From assembly GCA_002699485.1 (NCBI GenBank), contig PAAV01000049.1, positions 61,981-125,980 on the forward strand: a DNA stretch of 64,000 nt, given 5' to 3'. Made by a program: the position numbers and the translations under genes. The notes beneath the pieces were generated by a model, which worked only from the letters and a program-made list of their open reading frames with translations, was not told the origin of the DNA and did no database searches. The DNA comes from Chloroflexota bacterium. GTDB taxonomy: Bacteria > Chloroflexota > Dehalococcoidia > Lucifugimonadales > UBA2962. Shown here piece after piece: positions 18,203 to 27,705 of the stretch; positions within the stretch are counted from its first letter, which is position 1; the number at the start of each line of letters is the position of its first letter.

Positions 18203-19378
18203 TTGAATCAGAAAAACTTTATGAGTATGAATCGTCAATTACTCTCATTTAAATCAACACATATGCTACTAATTATATTGGTGAGTCTGGCCTTGTTTGC
18301 ATGTGTGCCTGGTGGGGCTTGCGGCGGGATTACGAGGCCTGCGGGTTGGTCTAGTGGTGTAGTACAGGATAGCGTCCTTTATACGGGCACGATGCAGGGA
18401 GAGATTATAGCAATAGATGCTGTTTCCGGAGATTACATCTGGCATTTTGAACCTTCTATCGGTGAAGAAAGTGATAGAGCGTTTTATGGAGACCCTATAA
18501 TTGTCGACGATCTTATTTATGTAGCAGGCTATGATGGTTATTTATACTCAATATCTAAATCAGATGGCAGTTTATGGGAGCAGCCGATTCCAATTGGTGA
18601 AAACAAAGATAGTGTGGTTGGTGGAGTCGAGTATGGTGAGGGGATACTGTTAGTAGGTTCATCTGATGGGAGCATCTATGGATTCGACATCGAAGATAAC
18701 TCAAATATCTGGAGCTTTGAGACAGGCTCAAAAATATGGACTAAGCCATTAATTTCAGATGGACAAGTATTTTTTGGATCTTTGGATAAAAACTTTTATG
18801 CTTTAGACGTCACTGATGGCTCTTTGAATTGGAGTTTTGAAACAGGAGGAGCGATCATTACTTCTCCAAGTAAAGTTGGTGACACGGTTTTATTTGGTAG
18901 TTTTGATGGAGTTTTTTATGCCCTGCAGGCTGAATCTGGGAACGAGTTATGGAGTTTTACAGATGCTGAAGGCTGGTATTGGGGCAAGCCTGTAACAACT
19001 GAAACACACGTGTATGCCCCCTCACTCGATGGAAACTTATACGCAATCGATATAGATAGCGGAAGATTGACATGGAAGGTCGAGACAGACGGTCCAATTA
19101 TTGGCTCACCTTTAATCTTCGATGATTGGGTTATATTTGGTTCAGATGACGGGAAGCTTCGGGTTGTTTCATCAAAAACAGGTGCCAGCCAGAAGCGGTG
19201 TAACATAGGACATGACCTAAGGACTAGTATTGTAAAAGGTGACGATGCCATCTACATGGGCGTATCAAATCGTTCCATAATTGCCCTAAATATAAAAGCG
19301 AATGGCGATCCGGATGAGAAGTGGAATTATATTACCGAGGATCAAAATATTGATCTTGATCGGGCTAAAGCATGTTGA
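18203..19378 (+). CDS. PQQ-like (BamB-type) beta-propeller repeat lipoprotein
   Basis: Signal peptide with lipobox-like LALFAC. Repeated blades such as FYALDVTDGSLNWSF, FYALQAESGNELWSF and LYAIDIDSGRLTWKV. Start codon uncertain (TTG 18203 or ATG a few codons later). Confidence 0.75.
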   Translation: MNQKNFMSMNRQLLSFKSTHMLLIILVSLALFACVPGGACGGITRPAGWSSGVVQDSVLYTGTMQGEIIAIDAVSGDYIWHFEPSIGEESDRAFYGDPIIVDDLIYVAGYDGYLYSISKSDGSLWEQPIPIGENKDSVVGGVEYGEGILLVGSSDGSIYGFDIEDNSNIWSFETGSKIWTKPLISDGQVFFGSLDKNFYALDVTDGSLNWSFETGGAIITSPSKVGDTVLFGSFDGVFYALQAESGNELWSFTDAEGWYWGKPVTTETHVYAPSLDGNLYAIDIDSGRLTWKVETDGPIIGSPLIFDDWVIFGSDDGKLRVVSSKTGASQKRCNIGHDLRTSIVKGDDAIYMGVSNRSIIALNIKANGDPDEKWNYITEDQNIDLDRAKAC

Positions 19379-19399
19379 TGCCAAGCGAGGATTTGTGAA

Positions 19400-20314
19400 A
19401 TGGAATTTTTAGGCGGCATCTGGAATGGAGCAATTATCAGGCCAATGATAAACAGCCTGGTAATACTCTATGAATTGGCATTTTCTAATTTTGGTGTATC
19501 GATAATACTTTTTACTTTGATAATACGGGCTATTTTATTCCCATTAACTGTAAAGCAAAGCAAACAAATGAAAGCGATGCAAGCTATTCAACCTAAGCTT
19601 AAATCGATGCAAGAAAGATATAAGAATGACCGTCAAAAAGTGTCCCAAGAAACAATGCGAATATACCGAGAAAACGGCATCAACCCACTTGGATGTTTGG
19701 GTCCAATGTTTATACAATTTCCAATTTGGATTGGTTTATATCAAGCGATAATACAAACACTTCCGTCCACGCCAGAACGACTAGCAACTCTTTCTAACAA
19801 ACTATATTGGTGGCTACCTTCAGTGCATAAGGCGGTGCCAATAAATGGAGATTTTTTGGGGCTCGATTTAGCAGTACCCGATCCCACTCGCATAATCCTC
19901 CCGGTATTGGTTGGAGTATCAATGTTTGTCATGCAAAAAATGACGACGATGCCCTCAACGTCTCCACAACAAGATTCGACAAATCGTATGATGTTATGGA
20001 TGATGCCAGTGATGTTTGGGTTTTTTACAATCCAATTCCCAAGTGGATTAGCAATCTACTGGATAGTTTCAAATATAGTTGGAATTATTATCCAAGGCTT
20101 CGTCACAGGATGGGATCCCGTACTTAAAATACTTAATTTTCAGGTTGCATCGCAACCTGCTCCTGCTGCAGTATTAGCTTCATCAGGAGATGAAGAGGTA
20201 GGTAATGAAAAAGAACACGATAGTGATGACGGCGAAGACCGTCGAAGACGCAATAGAAATAGCACTAAAGCAACTAGACGCAAATCGAGAAGAAGTAGAA
20301 ATAGACGTCGTTAG
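19400..20314 (+). CDS. yidC: Membrane protein insertase YidC (short, Gram-positive-type, with basic C-terminal tail)
   Basis: IILFTLIIRAILFPLTVKQSKQMKAMQAIQPKLK, GCLGPMFIQFPIWIGLY and PSGLAIYWIVSNIVG. The tail reads RRRRNRNSTKATRRKSRRSRNRRR. Confidence 0.9.
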   Translation: MEFLGGIWNGAIIRPMINSLVILYELAFSNFGVSIILFTLIIRAILFPLTVKQSKQMKAMQAIQPKLKSMQERYKNDRQKVSQETMRIYRENGINPLGCLGPMFIQFPIWIGLYQAIIQTLPSTPERLATLSNKLYWWLPSVHKAVPINGDFLGLDLAVPDPTRIILPVLVGVSMFVMQKMTTMPSTSPQQDSTNRMMLWMMPVMFGFFTIQFPSGLAIYWIVSNIVGIIIQGFVTGWDPVLKILNFQVASQPAPAAVLASSGDEEVGNEKEHDSDDGEDRRRRNRNSTKATRRKSRRSRNRRR

Positions 20315-20873
20315 TAGGGGGAAACCCGGTCTACTTGGTCTTGGTTATGAAGAAGCTGAAGTCAGGGTGAGTATTGTTGATTTTGGCCCTGATGAAGTTG
20401 CAGGTGATGTTGTTAAAGCTGTCTCACATGTTTTAGATAATTTATTAAGTCAAATGGGCGTAGATGCTGTATCGACTTTGAGGCGCTCAATTGGAGAAGA
20501 AGGTGGTGGGCCAGTTTTCAATATTGAAGGTGAAGATTCAGGACTTTTGATTGGGCGGCAAGGGGAAACATTGCGAAGCTTGCAATTTTTGGTTAATTTT
20601 ATTGCAAATATCCAACTTGGATTTAGACCTAATGCGATAATCGATGTGGGTGGATATCAAGAACGACGCAAGAAATCCTTACAAAATATGGCAAGAAATG
20701 TGTCTCTTACAGTTGCTCAGAGTGGAAGATCTATAACCCTAGAGCCTATGACTGCATATGACAGGAGACTAGTGCATTTAGCATTATCAGATAACCCTGA
20801 AGTAGTTACTCAGAGTGTTGGCTCCGGAGCTGATAGGCAGATCGTTGTGAGTCCGGCAGACATAGACGAGTAA
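20205..20873 (+). CDS. jag: RNA-binding protein Jag/KhpB (Jag_N, KH and R3H domains)
   Basis: Jag_N-like TAKTVEDAIEIALKQLDANREEVEIDVV, KH-like LIGRQGETLRSLQFLVN and R3H YDRRLVHLAL. ATG with GAGG 6 nt upstream. Confidence 0.85.
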   Translation: MKKNTIVMTAKTVEDAIEIALKQLDANREEVEIDVVSRGKPGLLGLGYEEAEVRVSIVDFGPDEVAGDVVKAVSHVLDNLLSQMGVDAVSTLRRSIGEEGGGPVFNIEGEDSGLLIGRQGETLRSLQFLVNFIANIQLGFRPNAIIDVGGYQERRKKSLQNMARNVSLTVAQSGRSITLEPMTAYDRRLVHLALSDNPEVVTQSVGSGADRQIVVSPADIDE

Positions 20874-20892
20874 TCACTCGAAAGAATTAGCT

Positions 20893-21678
20893 ATGACACG
20901 GGAAATAGATTTTGAATTTAAAAATTTGTCTACGATACAAGTTTCTATCAAGGAACATGTTGGCTTAATTAGAATTCAAGGAACAGACAGTTCAAATTTA
21001 ATTAATGAACTTATGGTTGCTGAGTTAAAGGAAGTCATTAAAAGTTTTGACGATAATCCTGAAGTTCGTGCAATTATTTTGTCTTCTAAGGGTAGTAATT
21101 TTTCAGCTGGCTCCGCTTTAGAAAGTCCACTTAGAAAGGTTGATTTGGATTCTCATCGCATAGCATCAAACATAGCTAATGCCAGGAAAATCACCATCGC
21201 ATCACTTCGTGGTAAAGTGCTGGATCAAGGGATGGAATTGGCTTTAGCTTGTGATATTAGATTTGCATCCTCAGAAACAATTTTTGGTTTAACTCATGTT
21301 AAATCCGGTTGCATTCCATGGGATGGAGGCACACAACGACTTACTCGCGCAATCGGGCCTTCAAGAGCTTTATATTTGATGTTAACCGGTTCAAAAATCA
21401 ATGAAATTCAAGCCTTGGAATATGGGCTCGTGTCAGGTACAACTTCTGAGGTCCATGATGAACAATTGTCAGTTGAATTTGGATCAATAGTTGCAAATCA
21501 TGGCCCTGTAGCGGTGCAATATTTGAAAGAGGCAGTTAATTCCGGATCTGATCTGAGTATTGAAGAAGGTATGCGACTCGAACTAGATTTAGCTACATTA
21601 TTGCATTCAACTAATGATAGAGCCGAGGGGCTACGCGCCTTTGCGGAGAAAAGGAAGCCGGAGTTTAAAGGTGACTGA
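20893..21678 (+). CDS. Enoyl-CoA hydratase/isomerase (crotonase) family protein, variant active site
   Basis: NPEVRAIILSSKGSNFSAGS, GMELALACDIRFA and DGGTQRLTRAIG. Where hydratases have F-G-x-P-E this protein reads FGLTHV. Confidence 0.8.
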   Translation: MTREIDFEFKNLSTIQVSIKEHVGLIRIQGTDSSNLINELMVAELKEVIKSFDDNPEVRAIILSSKGSNFSAGSALESPLRKVDLDSHRIASNIANARKITIASLRGKVLDQGMELALACDIRFASSETIFGLTHVKSGCIPWDGGTQRLTRAIGPSRALYLMLTGSKINEIQALEYGLVSGTTSEVHDEQLSVEFGSIVANHGPVAVQYLKEAVNSGSDLSIEEGMRLELDLATLLHSTNDRAEGLRAFAEKRKPEFKGD

Positions 21679-22399
21679 TAAATTTGTCATATACAGTAAA
21701 CAAGGTTCGATTGCTACCATACAATTAAATCGGCCAGAGTCTATAAATGCAATTACCCAATCCATGCGAGATTTGATTTTTGACGCCCTAATGGCTTATT
21801 CACATGATGAAGAGGCTAAAGTATGCATTATTTATGGTGCTGGAGAAAGAGGCTTTTGTTCGGGAGCTGATCTAATTGAGTTTGGGAAAACCAGATCTCA
21901 AACCGAATCTAGAGCGATCAGAAAACGACGAGATCTATGGGGTCTATTAAGTCAAATCGAAAAACCGTTGATAGCGGCAGTCCATGGGTATGTAATTGGA
22001 GCGGGGCTTGAAATAACCTCACTATGTGATATTAGAGTTGCTTCTGAAGATGCTGTGTTTGGGATGCCAGAGGTGGCACATGGTTTTATACCTGGTGCCG
22101 GTGGAACACAAAGTTTTCCCAGGGCAATTGGCAAAACTCATGCAATGAAACAGTTTTTAAGTGATCGAAGTGATCGAATGACCGCCCAGAGAGCTTTTGA
22201 ACTTGGTTTGATACATAAAATGGTTTCTATCGATGTTTTATTAAAAACTGCATTCAATTTAGCCGAAGAAATTGTTGTGCCAGACCTAGAAGTGTTAACA
22301 GCTATGAAAACAGCAGTATTGGATGGATGGTATATGCCAATGACTCTTGGCTTAAATCTAGAAAAAAGATTGATTGGAAATATAAAATCTAATAAATAA
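21671..22399 (+). CDS. Enoyl-CoA hydratase
   Basis: GERGFCSGADL, GAGLEITSLCDIRVA and FGMPEVAHGFIPGAGGTQ, with both catalytic Glu positions present. I prefer GTG at 21671 (GTGACTGA overlap with the upstream stop) over the track start at 21614. Confidence 0.8.
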   Translation: MTDKFVIYSKQGSIATIQLNRPESINAITQSMRDLIFDALMAYSHDEEAKVCIIYGAGERGFCSGADLIEFGKTRSQTESRAIRKRRDLWGLLSQIEKPLIAAVHGYVIGAGLEITSLCDIRVASEDAVFGMPEVAHGFIPGAGGTQSFPRAIGKTHAMKQFLSDRSDRMTAQRAFELGLIHKMVSIDVLLKTAFNLAEEIVVPDLEVLTAMKTAVLDGWYMPMTLGLNLEKRLIGNIKSNK

Positions 22400-22401
22400 A
22401 C

Positions 22402-23946
22402 ATGAATTTTTCTGAAACTCTTTCCATAGTAGCTGAGATTATGCCAGATAGGGTTGCTACTGTTTTTGATAACGATTGCACTTCATTTGCTCAGCTTGAC
22501 CATCAAGTAGACCTTATAGCTTCAGGATTGATTGCAATTGGAGTTAAGCCACGCGATAGAGTTGCAATTCTCGATGTTAATAGTGATAGACAAGTTAAAT
22601 TAATCTACGGTATTGCAAGAGCTGGCGGCATATCTGTACCTATAAATTACCGAGCTAAACCATCAGAAATCGAATTTTTACTGAACGACTGCGAGGCTTC
22701 CGTAGTTGTGGTCGGTGAGGACTATCGAAAAACAATCCTATCTATCGAAGCTAATATAAATCATCATATTAAATTGGTTTCGTTTGAAAATAATGTGTTT
22801 ACAGAGAAATGGATTCCTTTTAATGACATTCTTAAACAAACCGATTGCTTGCACCCCAAAATAGACTCTACTGATCATGCCATAATACTTTACACGTCGG
22901 GTACTACAGGTCGTGCTAAAGGGGTGTTGTTAACTCACCAATCGTTAGTCGGGAAACTACTAGATAATGCCTTTCCTGATATTGAAAACAGTGAGGTCGT
23001 TTTGCTTAGCATGCCCCTGTATCACATAGCAGGAATACATATTTTGCTGGCTTCAATTTATGAAGGTCGAAAGTTAGTAATACAGCGTCAATTTCATCCA
23101 GTAGAATGGCTTGAAATAATAGGGAAACATAAAATTTCTAGGTCAACTTTGGTACCCACAATGCTTAAGATGATTCTAGAAGAAGACTTTTTCAAAGAAG
23201 CGAACCTTTCCAGCCTTCAAATGATTACATACGGTGCTGCTGTTATGCCCTTGAAAGTAATAACCACAGCCATTAATAAATTACCGCAGGTTTCCTTTAT
23301 CAATGCTTTTGGGCAAACTGAGTCAGGTTCTACAATAGCTGCTTTAACCCCAGAAGACCATAAATTGACTGGAAGTTCTGCTGATTTAGAAAAGAAGCTA
23401 CACAGGCTGGGCTCTATAGGACGGGCTTTAGAAGGAATCGAAGTACGTATTTATTCGAATGAATCCATTATGCCCTCTGGTCAGATAGGTGAGATATTAG
23501 TTCGTAGTGAACAGATTATGGATAGATACTGGAATGACAATACTTCTTCCTCTTTAATAATCAAGGATGGATGGTTACATACTGGAGACATGGGATATGT
23601 CGACGAGGATGGATATATCTTTCTTCATGGAAGGTTAAAAGACTTTATTAAGCGGGGAGGAGAACGTATCTCACCAAACGAAATTGAAAGTGTCCTGTTA
23701 CAACATGCTTGTGTAGATGAAGCAGCAGTAATAGGAAAACCAGATAATCATTGGGGCGAGACTATCTTGGCTTTTGTTATCAAATCAAGCAATTCTGAGG
23801 TTACAGAAAAGGATCTAATAATACATTGTAAAAAACTATTAGCGAGCTTTAAAAAACCCGAACAGATTATCTTTGTTGAGACAATGCCAAAGAACTCATT
23901 AGGTAAAATTTTAAAGACCGATTTAAAAAAACTATACTTAAATTAA
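22402..23946 (+). CDS. AMP-dependent acyl-CoA synthetase/ligase
   Basis: LYTSGTTGRAKGVLLTH (AMP-binding motif) and GWLHTGDMGYVDEDGYIFLHGRLKDFIKRGGERISPNEIE. Starts 2 nt after the crotonase stop. Confidence 0.85.
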   Translation: MNFSETLSIVAEIMPDRVATVFDNDCTSFAQLDHQVDLIASGLIAIGVKPRDRVAILDVNSDRQVKLIYGIARAGGISVPINYRAKPSEIEFLLNDCEASVVVVGEDYRKTILSIEANINHHIKLVSFENNVFTEKWIPFNDILKQTDCLHPKIDSTDHAIILYTSGTTGRAKGVLLTHQSLVGKLLDNAFPDIENSEVVLLSMPLYHIAGIHILLASIYEGRKLVIQRQFHPVEWLEIIGKHKISRSTLVPTMLKMILEEDFFKEANLSSLQMITYGAAVMPLKVITTAINKLPQVSFINAFGQTESGSTIAALTPEDHKLTGSSADLEKKLHRLGSIGRALEGIEVRIYSNESIMPSGQIGEILVRSEQIMDRYWNDNTSSSLIIKDGWLHTGDMGYVDEDGYIFLHGRLKDFIKRGGERISPNEIESVLLQHACVDEAAVIGKPDNHWGETILAFVIKSSNSEVTEKDLIIHCKKLLASFKKPEQIIFVETMPKNSLGKILKTDLKKLYLN

Positions 23947-23960
23947 ATAAGCAAAGCAGA

Positions 23961-25223
23961 CTAGCTATCGATCTTGTCAAACCCCGTGTATTTCCTTAAA
24001 ACTTCTGGAACAACTACAGAGCCATCACTCTGTTGGTAGTTTTCAATTAATGCAATCATTATTCTGGGTATAGCTAAGCCTGACCCATTTAAGCTATGAG
24101 GATGCATAGGTTTAGAAGTCGATTCTGGTCTGTATCTTATGTTTGCTCGCCTCGATTGAAAATCATCACAATTAGAGCAGCTACTCACCTCTAACCAGTC
24201 ATTGCTTCCAGGTGACCATGTTTCCAGGTCGAAAGTTTTTACCGCAGAAAATCCAAGGTCTCCAGCACATAGCTCGACAACCCTATATGTAAGCTCTAAT
24301 CTTCTGATGATTTCTTCTGCATTATCTACAAGTTTTAAAAGTTCTTTATCTGAGTCTTCTGGACTAACAAATTTGTACATTTCAACCTTATCAAACTGAT
24401 GAACTCTTTTAATGCCTCTAGTTTGACTGCCGGCAGCAGCTTTTTCTCTGCGAAAGCACGGAGTATGCGCGACAAATTGTGCAGGAATTTGATCAGGTTT
24501 AAGTATTTCTTCCCGAAACATGCTAGTTATTGGTACCTCAGCAGTTGGAATTAGCCATAAATCATCTTCCTGATCGTGATACATAGTTTCACTAAATTTT
24601 GGCAAATGGCCACTTCCTGTTACGGTTTCAGTGTTCACTAAATAAGGTAAATACAATTCTTGGTATCCATGTTCCTCGACATGGATGTCTAGCATCCAGC
24701 TTATTAAAGAGCGTTGTAGTTTTGCAGCCTTACCATTTAGGACATAAAACCTTGATCCAGATATTTTTGCTGAAGCAGTCAGATCAATCATTCCTAAATC
24801 TTTTGTAATTTCCCAGTATGGACGAGCATTTGAGATTGGTTTGACCGGACTTTCTACAGTACGAACGATCTGATTTGATGATTCGTCTTTTCCGTCAGGC
24901 ACGTCCGGCCTAGGAATATTAGGTATATCCAATAGGATGGTTCTAATATCTTGTTGGATAGATTTGTATTCAATTTCTAATTTTTTTACTTTTTGGCCCG
25001 CAGCTTTCATTTCATTAAGGGCGGAACTACTAGGTTTATTATCACGGCCAATTTGCTGGTTAGCTTTTTTTCGTTGCGACCTTAAGTCATCTAATTCTTT
25101 TTGAATCAATTTACGTTTATTGTCTAAACTAACTAATTCGTCTATAGGCGCCGCTTCACCTCGCCTAATAAGAGAAGCACGAACATTTTCTGTATCTGAC
25201 TGTATAAGCTCTATGTTTAACAT
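23961..25223 (-). CDS. serS: Serine--tRNA ligase
   Basis: N-terminal coiled-coil arm, FRREKAAAGSQTRGIKRVHQFDKVE and GSGLAIPRIMIALIENYQ. Confidence 0.95.
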   Translation of the reverse strand: MLNIELIQSDTENVRASLIRRGEAAPIDELVSLDNKRKLIQKELDDLRSQRKKANQQIGRDNKPSSSALNEMKAAGQKVKKLEIEYKSIQQDIRTILLDIPNIPRPDVPDGKDESSNQIVRTVESPVKPISNARPYWEITKDLGMIDLTASAKISGSRFYVLNGKAAKLQRSLISWMLDIHVEEHGYQELYLPYLVNTETVTGSGHLPKFSETMYHDQEDDLWLIPTAEVPITSMFREEILKPDQIPAQFVAHTPCFRREKAAAGSQTRGIKRVHQFDKVEMYKFVSPEDSDKELLKLVDNAEEIIRRLELTYRVVELCAGDLGFSAVKTFDLETWSPGSNDWLEVSSCSNCDDFQSRRANIRYRPESTSKPMHPHSLNGSGLAIPRIMIALIENYQQSDGSVVVPEVLRKYTGFDKIDS

Positions 25224-25245
25224 TACGATTGTATTAAATTTTAAT

Positions 25246-26403
25246 TTAACCCAGTTCTTCTTGCAGCCTTTTAAGTATTAATTGCTCATCTCCCGAGTCT
25301 ACAGTCTGTATGCGTATTATGAGCGAATCTGACACCGAGTCAGTTCTTAAGTGGATGATCGGCTGACCATTTCTAAGTGAATTTTCTAACTGTTCAGCTG
25401 ATAGACGAGCGACACTTTTATCTAATGTAAGTCTCAACCCCTCTACCATACCTTTATCAGGAAAATCAGCTACGGTTACACCGGGAAGATTTGCAATTTC
25501 ATCGCGAATAGTATTAATTCTATTTTCATATTCTGCTAAACGCGATTCATGGTCCATTTTGAGCCATTCTTGCAGCGCAACATACGTTCCGATGACGGTT
25601 TGGCGATCCATTTTGATTGAGCGACCAAAAACCCTCGTATGCTCGAATTCAAAACCAACGAAGCTTAATCGATATGCAAGACGCATCAAGTGTTCATTAG
25701 CTCCAACTAGCAGGCCACTAGTGTTTAAACCCTCAAAATATTTTCCTCCATACCCAACCAAATCAGCTCCATTCTGGGCGTAGTGGCTTAATCGATTAGT
25801 TGGATAAACTTGGCCAGCAGCATCTATTAGTAAAGGCATATTGTTTCGTTGAGACAATTTAGTTAATTTGTTAAATGCCACAATATCGGTTCGTTGCTCT
25901 CGCTCATCAGGATCATCGTATAGTCCGCCTGCTAGATAATGAATGCCAGCTGTCTTTTCATTTATTGCCTCCTCGATATCTTTTTCACTAGTGCCCTCTT
26001 CATTTCCAACTTCAATTAGCACTCCGCCTGGCACCGTTACAGCTTTGTCATAGCTTACCCTCAGTTGTTTTTGTATTATGAACTCATTTGGCAGTCCAGT
26101 AACATCAGGTAATTGTTCAATGACATCCTCATTATTTCGTGTAATGCATGCAGCTGCTCCAAGTGAAAGAGCTGCAGAACATCCGGGAGTTACCATGGCG
26201 AATGGCACATTCAACATTTCTGAAATTCTTTCACCAGAAATCTTGACTAGTTCGCTCATTTCTACATAGTCCAGAGAAGAATCTTCCATTGCCTCTTTAA
26301 CAACCTTTGAAGGATTGTTGCCGCCAATAGCAGTCGGGTGCCCATGGGCATTTATGATGGGTTTAATTCCTAAATCTTTGTATATTTTGCTACGTCCAGC
26401 CAT
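25246..26403 (-). CDS. SelA-fold (COG1921-like) PLP-dependent enzyme, paralog of 2890..4029
   Basis: IYKDLGIKPIINAHG, GADLVGYGGKYFEGLNTSGLLVG and a C-terminal RLQEEL tail. Aligns by eye with the first copy. Confidence 0.6.
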   Translation of the reverse strand: MAGRSKIYKDLGIKPIINAHGHPTAIGGNNPSKVVKEAMEDSSLDYVEMSELVKISGERISEMLNVPFAMVTPGCSAALSLGAAACITRNNEDVIEQLPDVTGLPNEFIIQKQLRVSYDKAVTVPGGVLIEVGNEEGTSEKDIEEAINEKTAGIHYLAGGLYDDPDEREQRTDIVAFNKLTKLSQRNNMPLLIDAAGQVYPTNRLSHYAQNGADLVGYGGKYFEGLNTSGLLVGANEHLMRLAYRLSFVGFEFEHTRVFGRSIKMDRQTVIGTYVALQEWLKMDHESRLAEYENRINTIRDEIANLPGVTVADFPDKGMVEGLRLTLDKSVARLSAEQLENSLRNGQPIIHLRTDSVSDSLIIRIQTVDSGDEQLILKRLQEELG

Positions 26404-26427
26404 TTTTACTCAATTAACCTCTCTATA

Positions 26428-27438
26428 TTATTGGGCGAATGCTTTTATAGTGTTTAAATAATCGACTTTTATATTATCGTTAACTCCAAAAGGAGCTAGT
26501 ACCGGCAGGTCAAGACCTAGCGAAGTTCGCTTTGTAATTTGATCATAACAATCAGCGGGGCGTCCAACCATTGCCACTTCTTTTTCCATGTTTGATGATA
26601 TAGATGCTATTGCGGTATCTATATCATTAGAATTCAAAGCTGATTCTGCTGAAATCATTTCTTTTTCAAATCCACATGAGACAAAATAACTTCGATAATT
26701 AGGATGTCTAGAATACTGTGCTATTTCTCTTTTGAGTTTTGTTCGAGCGGCGTCAATGTTTTTAGATCCTACATAAGTTCTAATATAACCAGCTATATCT
26801 GGGTTCAATTTATTATTTGCCTTATTATGGGCAGATTTAAATATTTGGATAAAATCTTTTAACTTGCTTACGGCAGTCCAATTTAATAAAACACCATCAG
26901 AAATTTCTCCCGAGATTCGAATCATTTTTGGCCTTAGAGCAGCAAGATATATTGGCACACAAACGTCTTTCGCTGCTAGGCCAAGTCTAGCATTATTAAT
27001 CTGAAAATGTTCACCGGTCACACTGAATGCTTTACCACTTAATAATTGCCTTATGATGCTAACTGTTTCTTCAGTTCTTCCAACAGGATCATCGAATGTG
27101 CTTCCATGAATTTTTTGCACCACTAATTTATGGCCGATTCCCAATCCTAGTGAAAAACGATGATTCGTCATTCTGTCTAGATTAGCTGCTGTCATCGCAG
27201 TCACAGTAGGAGTTCTTGAAAAAATCGGTAGAATTCCAGTGCCTAACCGGATAGTTTTTGTAATCGATGACAGGTATCCAATCAGGGAAATCGAGTCATA
27301 ACCCCCGCCTTCAGGTATCCATACCGATTCGAAGCCAGCACTCTCGGCTTTAATGACAATTTCAGTAATATCATCCATGGATAACCGAGGATCATTTTCG
27401 ACCCTCAGCCCTAAACGTTGAATCTGATACTTATTCAA
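26428..27438 (-). CDS. LLM-class (luciferase-like) flavin/F420-dependent oxidoreductase
   Basis: GFESVWIPEG near the N-terminus and FSLGLGIGH. 336 aa TIM-barrel-type layout. Confidence 0.75.
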   Translation of the reverse strand: MNKYQIQRLGLRVENDPRLSMDDITEIVIKAESAGFESVWIPEGGGYDSISLIGYLSSITKTIRLGTGILPIFSRTPTVTAMTAANLDRMTNHRFSLGLGIGHKLVVQKIHGSTFDDPVGRTEETVSIIRQLLSGKAFSVTGEHFQINNARLGLAAKDVCVPIYLAALRPKMIRISGEISDGVLLNWTAVSKLKDFIQIFKSAHNKANNKLNPDIAGYIRTYVGSKNIDAARTKLKREIAQYSRHPNYRSYFVSCGFEKEMISAESALNSNDIDTAIASISSNMEKEVAMVGRPADCYDQITKRTSLGLDLPVLAPFGVNDNIKVDYLNTIKAFAQ

Positions 27439-27586
27439 ATTGTTAGACCAACTTTATTAATCAATTTTTTGGCTATCGTTATTGTATTTATCAAAGATGC
27501 AATCACAATGAGTTATTGAAGCAAGTTAATACTAAGTGGCTGCCTGATATAATTTTCGATATTATTGATCGTATACTAACAAAATA

Positions 27587-27640
27587 TCACATTGTTTAGA
27601 AAATATAGTCATATTGTTTAGAGGTTTGAAGAAAACAATG
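27587..27640. promoter_or_regulatory. Phased direct repeat plus inverted half-site in the LLM/manC divergent intergenic region
   Basis: TCACATTGTTTAGA (27587..27600) and TCATATTGTTTAGA (27609..27622) match at 13 of 14 positions, with starts 22 nt apart. AAACAATG (27633..27640) is the reverse complement of CATTGTTT. Confidence 0.3.
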
Positions 27641-27705
27641 TTTAAAAATACCCTGCAAGATTGTTATTGAAATAATGTTAATAAATATCATCCCATACGA
27701 CTTCA

